Positions 49,610 to 60,101 of a DNA stretch of 64,000 nt are shown here, one piece after another (position 1 is the stretch's first letter; each line of letters starts with the position of its first letter). Both the position numbers and the translations under genes were made by a program. The notes under the pieces were generated by a model, which saw only the letters and a program-made list of their open reading frames with translations, was not told the origin of the DNA and searched no databases. This DNA is from Moniliella sp. 'wahieum' (taxonomy: Eukaryota). The DNA lies in the NCBI GenBank assembly GCA_003971905.1, contig RSEE01000008.1, forward strand, positions 434,001 through 498,000, given 5' to 3'.

Positions 49610-52600
49610 TTAGCGATCCACAATTTGGAACGAAATGGTGGCAAAGGTAATATCTTCGTTGGTTGCGTGTCGAAGGGTGTAGCGTAGCGGCATTTCCTAA
49701 AAACATTAAAGGTCAGCAATCGCACGCTTCACCCCAACCGAACAAGAGGCACGCACCGTGAACCAACGCTGGATGTTGAGCCGCACAGGGCCAATGTGAA
49801 GGTCAAATGTGTTCATATCAACATGTTGGTAAAGAAAGTGGTGCAATAAACAATGTCTGGATCGAATGTGTCAGTGACCGCTCTTCCCCTCTCCCCCTCT
49901 CCCTCTCTCCCAGCTGTGCCTGTCTAAGGAACGTACCAGGGTCAAAAACCAAGTTCTCTCGATGGTTGGCATCGGAAAAATACTTGCGCCGGTGAGCCGT
50001 AGTCATGGATTTGGACAGCTTGATAAACGCATTGTCCTCCATCACATCCGTGCCAGGCTGGGCAAAACGCACGGGCCCAGCACGCCATCCAACCGCGATA
50101 TGTAGGGCGCAGTCCCTGCGGACAGGGAAGTAGCCTGGCTTGTCGCTCGGGGTAGCGTTGGGGTCGTCCCCGTCGTTTGGTCCACTACTGGAGCTGGCCG
50201 GGCGGAGGGAGCTGGCGGTCGTGCCAGTCAGAGGGCGCTCGAGCGATGCAGCTGCAGCTTCAGATGCTGCTGCTGCTTCAAGTACATCGAGGTCCCGGTA
50301 CTTGGGGGCAGGGGTGTTGCTGTTGCGTCCAGCAACGGCAAGCGTGTCGGCTGTGGTAAAGTCAGTGGGGCGGAGCCCATCGCCAGCGGTTTCGGCTTGC
50401 ATTTCGGCCACCAGCTCCTGCGGAGCGGGCTCAAGGATGGATACCGTATCGTCTTGCGTTTCGTCAGAAGGGACAGACAGCTCGAGCGGCCGCTCCGCAT
50501 TGCTGATGGGACTGATCGTGGATCCAGAGTGCGAGGGGGGATGGGGGGTAAGTGACTTGGTTGGGTCGGGTACTGAGGGCACTGCAGGTGCCAGTGCGTT
50601 CGCCCCCACTGCCCCCATAGCAATTGCCGAATCCCCGGTCTGAGCCCGATCTTTGGTCCCGAGCAGCACCACCTCTGAAGCCTCGTCGTCCAAGTCATCC
50701 CCACCGAACGAGAGGGGCACCGTGGTGCCCATATGGGGCTTGGGGCGCACCAACGCCGGCGACTTAACAGACTACACTAACCTTATTTAAAGCCTTCACC
50801 GGGCTAGTTTGGTCGAATCGAGCGCAGCAGCACCTTGTGCCTTTCCCGCCGAGACCGAGGGTTCGCTGGCACCCCCATCCCGAAGCGAGCCTACCTCGCT
50901 GGAAGGGGGGAAGTGATGCATATGTTCATCCCTCGCAAACGAAGTAGTGGGAGCAGCCGTACTGCTGCGCTTGCCTGCACGGCTAAGAGGCCGCAGCGCT
51001 GATAACCCAAACTTGTGATGGTGAGCTGGACTGGCAGGGGTCGCTTGGCCATCCTCAAACGGCATGGAAGAATGTATGGTCGATAGCTCGTCCAGGCTCG
51101 GACGCTTATTGTCATCTCCGAGACTGAGTCGAGTCAGTGCGCTCAATGGCGTACCCACGCGAGAAAGACGAAGAGAGCGGCGTTTCATAATCTTGACCTC
51201 ACCGGGCTGCTCCGGTTTGTCAATCGTATGAAGAGAATGCACCTTGCGATGGTGATGGCCATGATGTTTGCCCGAATGCGGCAGCTTGATGCTCAACTTG
51301 GGGAGGAGGGCGTGGTGGTGGTGCGTGTGTGGCCCTCCCGGGGTTACGATCGATGGTTGGCCCCCTGGACTGCCCACTTGTGGCGCCGACGCGGCATGGT
51401 GCAGCATCCGCCCTTCCGAGGGAACGGAACGACCTGCTTCGCCCAGAGGCGCGGCGGTAGCCGTGGGGAGCGGGGCTACCACTGGACTCAACTCCGTCTC
51501 GTCAGGAATCACGCCCCAGGCGATCAGCGAGCCATCCCGTCCAGCTCCCGGCTGGCCGGGGGGGATTGGGGTCTCGTTGTCAGAGGGAATCGAGTGGAAA
51601 TCATCATCGGACGAATCGCTCTTCTCGCCCGGAACGGTGCCCAGACGCGAGGCACGAGGGGCGGTAGCCTGTTGGGTGCGCTGGCGCAAGGCGTGCAGCG
51701 TTCCCCTGGAGTGACTGCGCGAGGTAGCAAGTCCGGGTGAACTAGATCCGTGCTGTACTTGGACGGAGGTGGTGGAGTGCTTCCGCCGCCTGCGCAATTG
51801 AGAGGATGAGGCATCGTGGTGCCCAGGGCGCCAATCAGGCTTGCATTGATGGCATCCTCGTGAGCAATGGTGCCATGTTGCCGGCCGCCTGCTAGACAGC
51901 CTGGACTCATAGGCCGCGTGAGTGGGGTAGACGGATAAGAGACAGAGCCAGCAGGCGATGGGTCCGCAGCTCCCCCTGTTCGGGGATTGTGGCTGTCGCA
52001 GCGCGAGACAGGTCAAGCGACCGATGCCGGATATGCTGAATGGACTCGGCCGCGTTATGGGCTTCCAAGAACGCGCGCACACGCGGGTCTTGCTTGAACC
52101 CAAGGAAGCGCCAGTACTTGATGGATTTGCGCTGCTCCTTAGGGCGGAAGTGAGCATCCTTCCCAATAGCCCCTTCTTTTTTTGTGCCGCTCGTTCTTCT
52201 TCCAACTTGGCCATCGCCATGGGCGTCTCATCTAGCGTCTCAAGCGGTACAACGTCCGCTGGGTCATCGATCATAAGGGAGCTGCCTGCAGCCCTGGCTG
52301 CATTGGTTGCAGCGGCGTTGGTCGCTGCACTGTTGGCGGGTGTATGGCTGCGCAAAGGCGAGTCCGAGTGGCGGAGGACAACGACTGCATCATGGGCACG
52401 CTCAGGTGAAGGCCAGGCACAGATTGTGTTCATACAGGCACAGTAGGGACTCATGATGAATGGTCGGCCGCTGGGCGGGTGTTCTTCGTAGTACGTCAAG
52501 GGATCAATCATGCGGGCCACACGCATGCCGGCGTTGAAGGGCGCACGGGGAAAGTCGATCCAGCGATCAAAGTCAGTGCCAAAGATAATGTCGGAACCAC

Positions 52601-52834
52601 GCCAGGGGTGGCGGAAGCGACCCTCGATCTGGATGGCGAACTTGCGACTGCGACCCTCAAAGTATTTGCGCCCGGGTTCGCCCTCGCGAGCGCCGGGCGC
52701 ATCGAGGATGCGCACCAGCACGCGGCCGACAAAGTGCTCGGTCTCGATGTCGTGCGGGCGCTGGGCGTCGTTCAGCCGACACGGCTCCAGGTGGAAGCGG
52801 TCGGGACCAACCCAGACTTCGAGGTGGGTGCCAT
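49610..52834 (-). CDS. DUF1769-domain protein with a large low-complexity insertion; frameshifted
   Basis: N-half IETEHFVGRVLVRI..YFEGRSRKFAIQIEGRF..IIFGTDFD..IDP..PFIMSP; C-half RRKYF..D..HRENLVFDP, TTFFTN, MPLRYTLR. Introns 49857-49936 and 49697-49756. Confidence 0.8.
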
Positions 52835-52893
52835 GATGGAGAGGATGGTGGTGAAGGTGTGCGAATAGAAGCAGTGCGTCATATCAGCCGATC

Positions 52894-52996
52894 CAACCAG
52901 CAACCAGCAACCAGCAACCAGCAACCAGCAACCAGCAACCAGCAACCAGCAACCAGCAACCAGCAACCAGCAACCAGCAACCAGCAACCAGCAACC
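52894..52996. repeat. (CAACCAG)14 heptanucleotide microsatellite
   Basis: 14 perfect copies at 52894-52991 plus a partial copy, ~60 bp upstream of the DUF1769 gene start. Confidence 0.97.
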
Positions 52997-53427
52997 TACA
53001 CCCTGCCAACAGCAGCCACCCAGCAGCCAATCCACCCAATCCAGCCTGTGCAGGCCAGTGCTCGATCATCCATTGCGTCGGTATCATCCATGCTGGACGC
53101 CCGATCGCCGATTATGCAACCCGTCATATATTCACTGCCATGGAGCGGCCAGAGGCCAGACGCTTCACTCTTCACTCCAAGCGTTAAGCTTCGCTTCACT
53201 CCCCCCGTGACGTGTGACATGGCACAGGTGACAGGCGACAGTTGGCGCGCACCGTCACGTGCGGCACATTCGACTGGTGACGCGTTCCGGTCGGTCCCCC
53301 GGGTGACATAATCGGTCACGTGCCCAACAACCACCGCAGTCTCGCCCCACGCACGCGAAACCAACACTGCTGCCTTCGCGACGACACTGGCCGCCACCAG
53401 CGACAACCACACCACGTGCGTGCAGCT

Positions 53428-53904
53428 ATGGTATCCTCGCTCGCGCTCGCTTCGCGCCCCCCCGCGCTCGACACGGCTGGCACCGTCGATTCATCTGCTG
53501 GGTCAGACAACCCGTACGCTGGCCACCGCCACTTGACCGAAGAGCAACAGACCCTCCTTTACGAGTACGCCCGCCTGGCTGCCACCCTCCAAAGCGTACG
53601 CCTCTTCCCGTGCTCGCGCACATCCCACGCTTTTCCATCGCACTACTAACACGTTTACCCCAAGGTTTCCTCGCGCGCGACCGCCCTATCGGCGACCAAC
53701 ACCCACAGCGCACTTCTCTCGGAGCTGCGAATTCTGGAACGGAAAATGGGCCTGGTGCTGACGCTGTTCAAGGCCAGTGTCTGGAGTGTCGTCACGGCCG
53801 ATACGGATGCCATGGTTGAGGAGGGCATGGACCAGGATCAGGGGGAGTACGCAGAAGGTGAGGGCCAGTATTACGACGCGGAGCACGGCTACACGTACGA
53901 GTAG
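53428..53904 (+). CDS. DAD3: DASH/Dam1 complex subunit Dad3
   Basis: NPYAGHRHLTEEQQTLLYEYARLA, intron 53596-53664, then LLSELRILERKMGLVLTLFKASVWSV; stop at 53902-53904. Confidence 0.92.
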
Positions 53905-54472
53905 GCGAGCCAATCACTGCTAGCCCATTTGTACCCACCTCAGCCCCACCCCTCACCCGCGTCCCGTAATAGGGTCCTGTATGCCACATCAGGTTCAGAG
54001 TGTAATTGTATTCATGTTTTCCGCCTCCTCCGGTAGCTGCTTCCAAGCATCCTCTTCTCCGTACTGCATGTATCTAGAAGACCTTAGCTTCTAAGGCTAC
54101 CTGGTGCTGACGTGCATGTGAGGGAATATGTTGGATACAGTGTTCCGAGGAGAGGTACAGGAGACTGAGGCATAGCGCCTTATGCAACCGAGGATACCGC
54201 GGGGCACAGGGAGCACCCACATGGATCGGAGGGGTATTTCCTATCACGCCATGTCGCGCAAAAGGGTGCATCATTCCAACATCCTCAACACTTCAAGAGA
54301 CTCAGAGAAACTCATCGTATGTGGGGGTTTGTGTTACATAGTAGGCTCGACGAGAAGGGGGGGAGGGGATCGCAAGGGGGGGTGGGAGGAAGCGAACGGG
54401 AGGTGGACGCAGTCAACGGGGGAAGAGAAGTTGGAAGATGCCTAGGCAAGATTGAATGGCCAACTCCAAGGC

Positions 54473-55045
54473 TTACCAGCCTCCCTGGTTGCCGCCGTAA
54501 CCTTGCTGGCCGTAACCGCCTTGGGGTCCACCGTAACCGCCTTGGTTGCCGCCGTAGCCGCCCTGGTTACCACCGTAGCCGCCCTGGTTGCCACCGTACT
54601 TGTTGTCACCGCCAAATCCGCCCGAAGCGAACGATTCCTCTTCCCTCTTGGCCTTGTGCTCCTCGTAGCGGCCGTGAATGTGCTCGCCAACCTTCTTGCC
54701 TACCTCGGCAAGAATGGCACCGCCAGCAATGGAAACAAAGTTGCCATGCTGCGAGCCGGTCGCCTTGTTGGCAGCAAAGCCAGCAAGGCCGCCGAGGGCC
54801 ATGGTGCCGAGACCGCGGTCACCACCCTCGCCCTGGTTGCCTTGGCCGTCAAACTCGTTGCCGCCGCGGTATTCCTGGTTGGCGCCGCCTTGGTACGATT
54901 GGGACTCTCCGTAGCCCTGGTTGCCCTGGCCGTAGCCTTGGTTTTGGCCGTAGCCTTGGTCTTGGCCGTAGCCCTGGTTTTGGCCGTAGCCTTGGTTTTG
55001 GCCGTAGCCGCCAGCGCCGGGTTCAGGGAAGCCACCGTAGGACAT
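54473..55045 (-). CDS. Gly/Tyr/Gln/Asn-rich repetitive protein with a central glycine-zipper-like segment
   Basis: Intact 190-aa ORF with (GYGQNQ)n and (GGYGGNQ)n repeats flanking GDRGLGTMALGGLAGFAANK. Confidence 0.85.
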   Translation of the reverse strand: MSYGGFPEPGAGGYGQNQGYGQNQGYGQDQGYGQNQGYGQGNQGYGESQSYQGGANQEYRGGNEFDGQGNQGEGGDRGLGTMALGGLAGFAANKATGSQHGNFVSIAGGAILAEVGKKVGEHIHGRYEEHKAKREEESFASGGFGGDNKYGGNQGGYGGNQGGYGGNQGGYGGPQGGYGQQGYGGNQGGW

Positions 55046-55970
55046 TGTGGTTGAGAGGGTTGGAAGGTGAGGTGGGGGATGGAGGTGGGGGGGAGAGATG
55101 GGCAGGAAGCTCGTGGGGGGGAAAACCAGAGTGGAAGGTGGGGAGGCGCCTTTTAAGAAGCGTAGGGCGCTGCTCCAACCCGCGCTGCAGCGACCAGTGA
55201 GCCTGCGCCGATGGAATGGACAGTGGAGATGTCAAGCACAGGGCGGGAGGCAAGTGTGGTGCCGCTGTGTGACACAGTGGTGCTCAACGCACAGGGGCGC
55301 TGTCGGCGTTCCTCCTGCCCACACGGCACTGCGGCCGCCTGTCCAGGCACCTGCGTGGACCGGGCTGTGCACGGCCGTCGGGGTGTGACATGTGACGCAT
55401 CCGAACAGACTGCTGGGCTGCGGAGGGCTGCGGACTGCGTTGCATTTGCTCAGCGGGCGGCCGGCCCGACGCAACCGGACGCATCATGCATTGCATCAGA
55501 TGCGACCAGATGCCGCCGATAAGCGGAACTGGCCCTGTGCTGCGGACCACCGATGTTTGCGCTCGGCTGGCTCATTAGCGCTGCGCCGCGCGCTGCTGCT
55601 GGCTGCTGGCTGCTGGCTGCGTGCAACCTCGGCCCGGACACCACCTGGCACCCGAGCTGCCCCAGGCTGCCCCGTGCTGCCCTCCCTTGGCAGTCCCCAA
55701 ACCGCGTGAAGTTGGCGGGTAGAGCACACTGCCCCTGCGCCCCTGCGTTCCTGGGTCGTCCAGCCCCAGGGTACTCAGTCGGAGTACTCGGTACTCCAGC
55801 GCTCAGCCCCTGGCAGGCGCCGGCTGCGCGGGTCTGCGCAGGCGTCTGCACTGCCACGTACTGCGCTGCGCTGGCCACGTCACCACCTCCGTCGGACATG
55901 CGCAGACCGCCCGCGCTGAGGCTATGCTGGGCGGAAATGCAGTTCCGCCCCTCGCCACGCAGAGTGGATG

Positions 55971-56030
55971 GCGCGTACTGAACGCAACATTTCATTCACG
56001 CGGGACGCGGGACCCCCTCGCGTCGCGTTT
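55971..56030. promoter_or_regulatory. Cluster of MCB-like ACGCG/CGCGT elements upstream of MSH6
   Basis: ACGCG at 55998 and 56005, CGCGT at 55972, 56019 and 56024, 160-220 bp before the ATG. The local GC content is high, so chance matches are possible. Confidence 0.4.
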
Positions 56031-56188
56031 GGTGGTCTGGTGCTTTCGGGGCGGGGGCGGGTGGGCAGCGCAGCGCCGGTGAGGCGTCCGCCCCTGAGGC
56101 CTGCGGGGCGGCTGCTATCGATCTCGTCCTCCCAGTCGCGTCAGCGTCCGCGCGTCCGCCTCCCCGTCTGCGCCGCCACCACCCCGCC

Positions 56189-59100
56189 ATGGCACCGCGA
56201 AGCCAGCAGCAGTCGCTCCTCGGCTTCTTTGGCTCCTCCACCCCCGCCCAGCGCTCCCCCCGTCGCATCCCTCCCGACACCCACTGTCCACGGAGCGCTG
56301 AAGCCCACTCCTGCTGCGCGCACGCCCGCCCCAGCGGCTGCCCCGGTCGCTTCTCCCCCGCTCTCCTCGCCCACTCACCCCCCCGGCCTCTCCTCGTCCA
56401 GCACGGCGGACTCCTCCGACGAACATTCTGTGCGTGTCTGTCTCTCTCTCCCTCGCACGCGCATGTACTGTACTAACCCGGGTGCATGCAGGAACCGAGA
56501 CGCCTGAAGCGTCCCTCTGGTGTCTCAAGCCGTGCATCCAAGCGCTCAAAGATTGTCATCAGCGACGACGAATCTGATGCGGAGTTGCCTGAGCCTGAGC
56601 CTACTCCCTCCGTTCCCGCCCTTCCGTTCCCGTCACCCCTCGTCCGCAAGCGCTACCCTTCAAGGCCCAGCTGTTCGCCCCGCAATCGAAGCCTTCGGTG
56701 CGTCATCCCCCCCTCCCCCCCCCATCATCATCATGCCTGAATGTGTCATGCTGATTGACTTGATAGACGCCTATCGCACGTACCCCGAGCAACAAGGACG
56801 CCGCCGACCAACCCTTCTCTTTCCTCGTTGATGTTCGCGACAAGGAGGGAAACCGCCCCAACGATCCCGAGTACGACCCCGTACGCTCTACATTCCTCCT
56901 TCGGCGTGGAATGAGTTTTCTCCGTTTGAAAAGCAGTTTTGGGGAATCAAGCAGGAACACTACGATACCGTGCTCTTTTTCCAAAAGGGCAAGTTCTATG
57001 AACTGTACGAGGAGGATGCCCTCATTGGCCACCGCGAGTTTGATCTCAAGCTCACCGACCGCGTCAAGATGAAGATGGTCGGCGTACCGGAAAGCTCATT
57101 TGATTTGTTTGCTGCCAAATTCCTTGCCCTCGGCTACAAAGTGGGGCGGGTTGACCAGTGCGAGACGGCGGTTGCGCGGGGCATGCGTGCGCCCAAAGGA
57201 CCCAAAGATGGCGGACTGGTCACCCGAGAACTGCGTCACGTATTGACTACCGGGACGATTGTGGATCCCTCGGCATTGCAAGATGAGCTCAACAGTTACT
57301 GCGTCTCGATCAAAGAACATATCGATTGGCGGGCCGATCCGCAAGCCAATCATCCTTCGCTAGGGATCTGCGCCTTGGACGCCAGCACAGCCCAGTTTGA
57401 GCTCATGCACATCCTCGACGATGCAACGCGACCGCAACTGGAGACCAGGCTCCGCTCGCTTCGGATCAAGGAGCTGTTGTACGAAAAGGGTGCCCTGTCC
57501 GAGCCCACTCTTCAACTAGTCCGGGGTTGTCTGCCAGCCTCGTGTCGCATCACCATGCTTAAGCCCGGAAAAGAGTTTCCTTCGTCGGCACAGGCCAAGG
57601 CCAAGCTGGATCAGCTCTTCCCTGAGAGAGATTACCCCGATGCAGTTGAAGCTCTGCTGGAACAAGATGAGGCTATGGCTTCGCTCGGGGCGATGCTTAA
57701 CTACCTTGAAACGCTCAATCTTGACAAGGATCTTGTGCGGAGCAGAAATTTCGACCTGTACGATCCCTTACGCCGAGGAGAGTGCATGACACTCGACGCG
57801 CAAAGCTTGACCCACCTCAACGTGCTTCAGAATGATCAAGGAGAAGCGACGGGCACACTGCATACGCTGCTCAATCGTTGCGTCACCCCCTTTGGAAAGA
57901 GATTGTTCAAGCAATGGCTCGTCTCTCCCTTGGCCAAGGCGGAGCTGATCAATGATCGGCTCGATGCAGTGGAGGACTTGCTCTCCGATGAACGCTTCCA
58001 TGACGACTTTCATCGCTTTGCCCTCCGCATGCCCGACATTGAGCGTAGCCTGGCCCGGATCTTTGCAGGCAAGGTCACATCCCGCGACTTTCTTGCTGTT
58101 CTCACTGCCTTGGATAAGTTTGATGCTGCGTTTGAAGCATTGCAGGCCGCCGCTCAAGGGCATGCACACGATGCTGTACGCAACCTCTTGGCCGACTCTC
58201 TCCCTCTCCAGGATGTGATCCGCGATGTGCAAGCCAAGTTTAGCGTGGGAAAGGACGGGACATTCGAGCCCCTACCAGGACAGGACGCGGAATATGATGC
58301 AGCGTTCGCTGCGTTGCAGGAGGTGGAGCGGGCGCTCGAGCTTGAGCGTACGGCGATGGCCAAGCAAGTCCTTGTGCCGTTATCGCAAGCCGTGTTTAAG
58401 CACATTGGATCGAAAGACATTTACCAACTTGAATTGCCTCGAACTGTCAAGGTGCCCCCCAACTGGGTCACCATGAGCTCGACTAAAGCAGTGCATCGGC
58501 ACTACAGCCCTACCTTACGGGCTCTGGTGCAAAAACTCAAGAGGCACGTGAAACGCGCCTGGCGGCCTTGAGGGAGTTTTCGATGCGCTTGTTTGATGCC
58601 TTTACGACACACGCCGACTTGTTCCGTCACAATGTTGCGCTCGTAGCCCAGATCGATTGTTTGTTGAGTCTGGCCAAAGCGAGCCAGGCCATGGGTCAGC
58701 CCCTCTGCCGCCCTACCATCATTGATGCCCCGCAAGCCTCGTTTGAGTTTGAGACGCTTCGCCACCCTTGCCTTGCCGAACTTGCCCACGGTGAGTTTAT
58801 TCCCAACAATGTTGCTCTCGGGCGCGAAGGCGGACACGAAGAGTTGATGGTGCTTACGGGTGGCAACATGGCTGGAAAGAGCACAACAGCTCGAACCGCT
58901 GCAACTGCTGTCATTCTGGCCCAGGTGGGATGTCTCCTGCCGGCGAGCAAGGCCCGATTGGCCCCCGTTGACCGCATCGCGTCGCGGATGGGGGCCAATG
59001 ATCAACTCTTCCGCCAAAACTCGACGTTTATGGTCGAGATGCTGGAGACGTCACGAATCGTGGAACAGTGCACGCCGCGTTCCTTGGTAATCCTCGATGA

Positions 59101-59615
59101 GCTGGGACGAGGAACATCAACGTTTGATGGCCAAGGGATTGCCTATGCCGTGCTGCATCACCTGGTCATGCGGACGCGCTGCATTGGTTTCTTCCTTACT
59201 CACTACACCTCCCTCGCTCGGGACTTTGCCTCCTACCCGCGCATTGCCAATCGGCATATGCAGGTCCTCGTAGACCCGGCACGGGACGACGTGACGTTTA
59301 CCTACGAACTGGTCCCGGGCGTGGCTGAATCTTCCTACGGAACCCAAGTCGCTGCCTTGGCGGGCTTGCCACGGGAGGTGACCGACCGCGCTGCCGTGGT
59401 GGCCTCCGAGTTTGAAGCTGCGTCAACGACCGAACAGAGCGCGCGGACTGTCTCTCGCTTTGCCATGGGCGCCCTCTCTGACTTTGCCTACCTGGTTGGA
59501 CTGGGGCAGGGCACAGCCCAAGTGGGCCCCGAGGAAAAGGCGAAGGATCAACGTTGCTGACGAGCTGCTGTTGTCTCAATTGGACGTGCTAAGTGAGACG
59601 GTCACGGCTCAGTAA
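56189..59615 (+). CDS. MSH6: DNA mismatch repair protein MSH6; frameshifted
   Basis: N-terminal PIP box QQSLLGFF, YDP(R)TLYIP, FEKQFW.IK, FFQKGKFYELYE (mismatch-binding Phe-X-Glu), Walker A TGGNMAGKST, STFMVE, LVILDELGRGTST and SYG..VA.LAG. Introns 56430-56491 and 56698-56766. Confidence 0.96.
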
Positions 59616-60101
59616 CCGTTTGCTACCCTTCTGATCTCGTTCTTCCATCCTTCCGTTCTTCCATTCTTTCTTTCCACCACTTCCCGTCCTTTTCATCCTC
59701 TCCATCCTCAACCATTATCCCTGTTCCTTCTTTTCGCCCCCTTGCCTCTCTGCCTGCCGAAAGTCAACAGCCCGGCAAGTGCATACAATTGCTGATGCTC
59801 CCGTAAAATGTATGGCCCGTAGCATTTCAAACACTTCGAAGTATGTTGATCAAATACAGCAAAGGCTGCACGAAACCAAGAAAGGGTGGGAAAAAAATGA
59901 GTAGATTGACAGTAACATAGGTAACCGCATAACTTGGATGCACACGCAGAGACCTGAGATGATGGATTGATGGGGGAGCAGAACCTAGGGAACGCGACAG
60001 GCGTGATGAATTTGGTTAAACGGGTTAAAGCGAGTCATCAACAGCCATCCAGAAGAGTAGAAAAGGGGAAGAGCAAGAAGCGCGAACCACAAAATGAATC
60101 T

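Noticed and set aside
52772..53311. ORFs with (LLVAGCW)n or (SNQQPAT)n repeats
   Set aside because: They are translations of the stop-free CAACCAG microsatellite.
54452..55054. Hydrophobic 200-aa plus-strand ORF (VALVLA repeats)
   Set aside because: It is the antisense shadow of the Gly-rich repeat gene.
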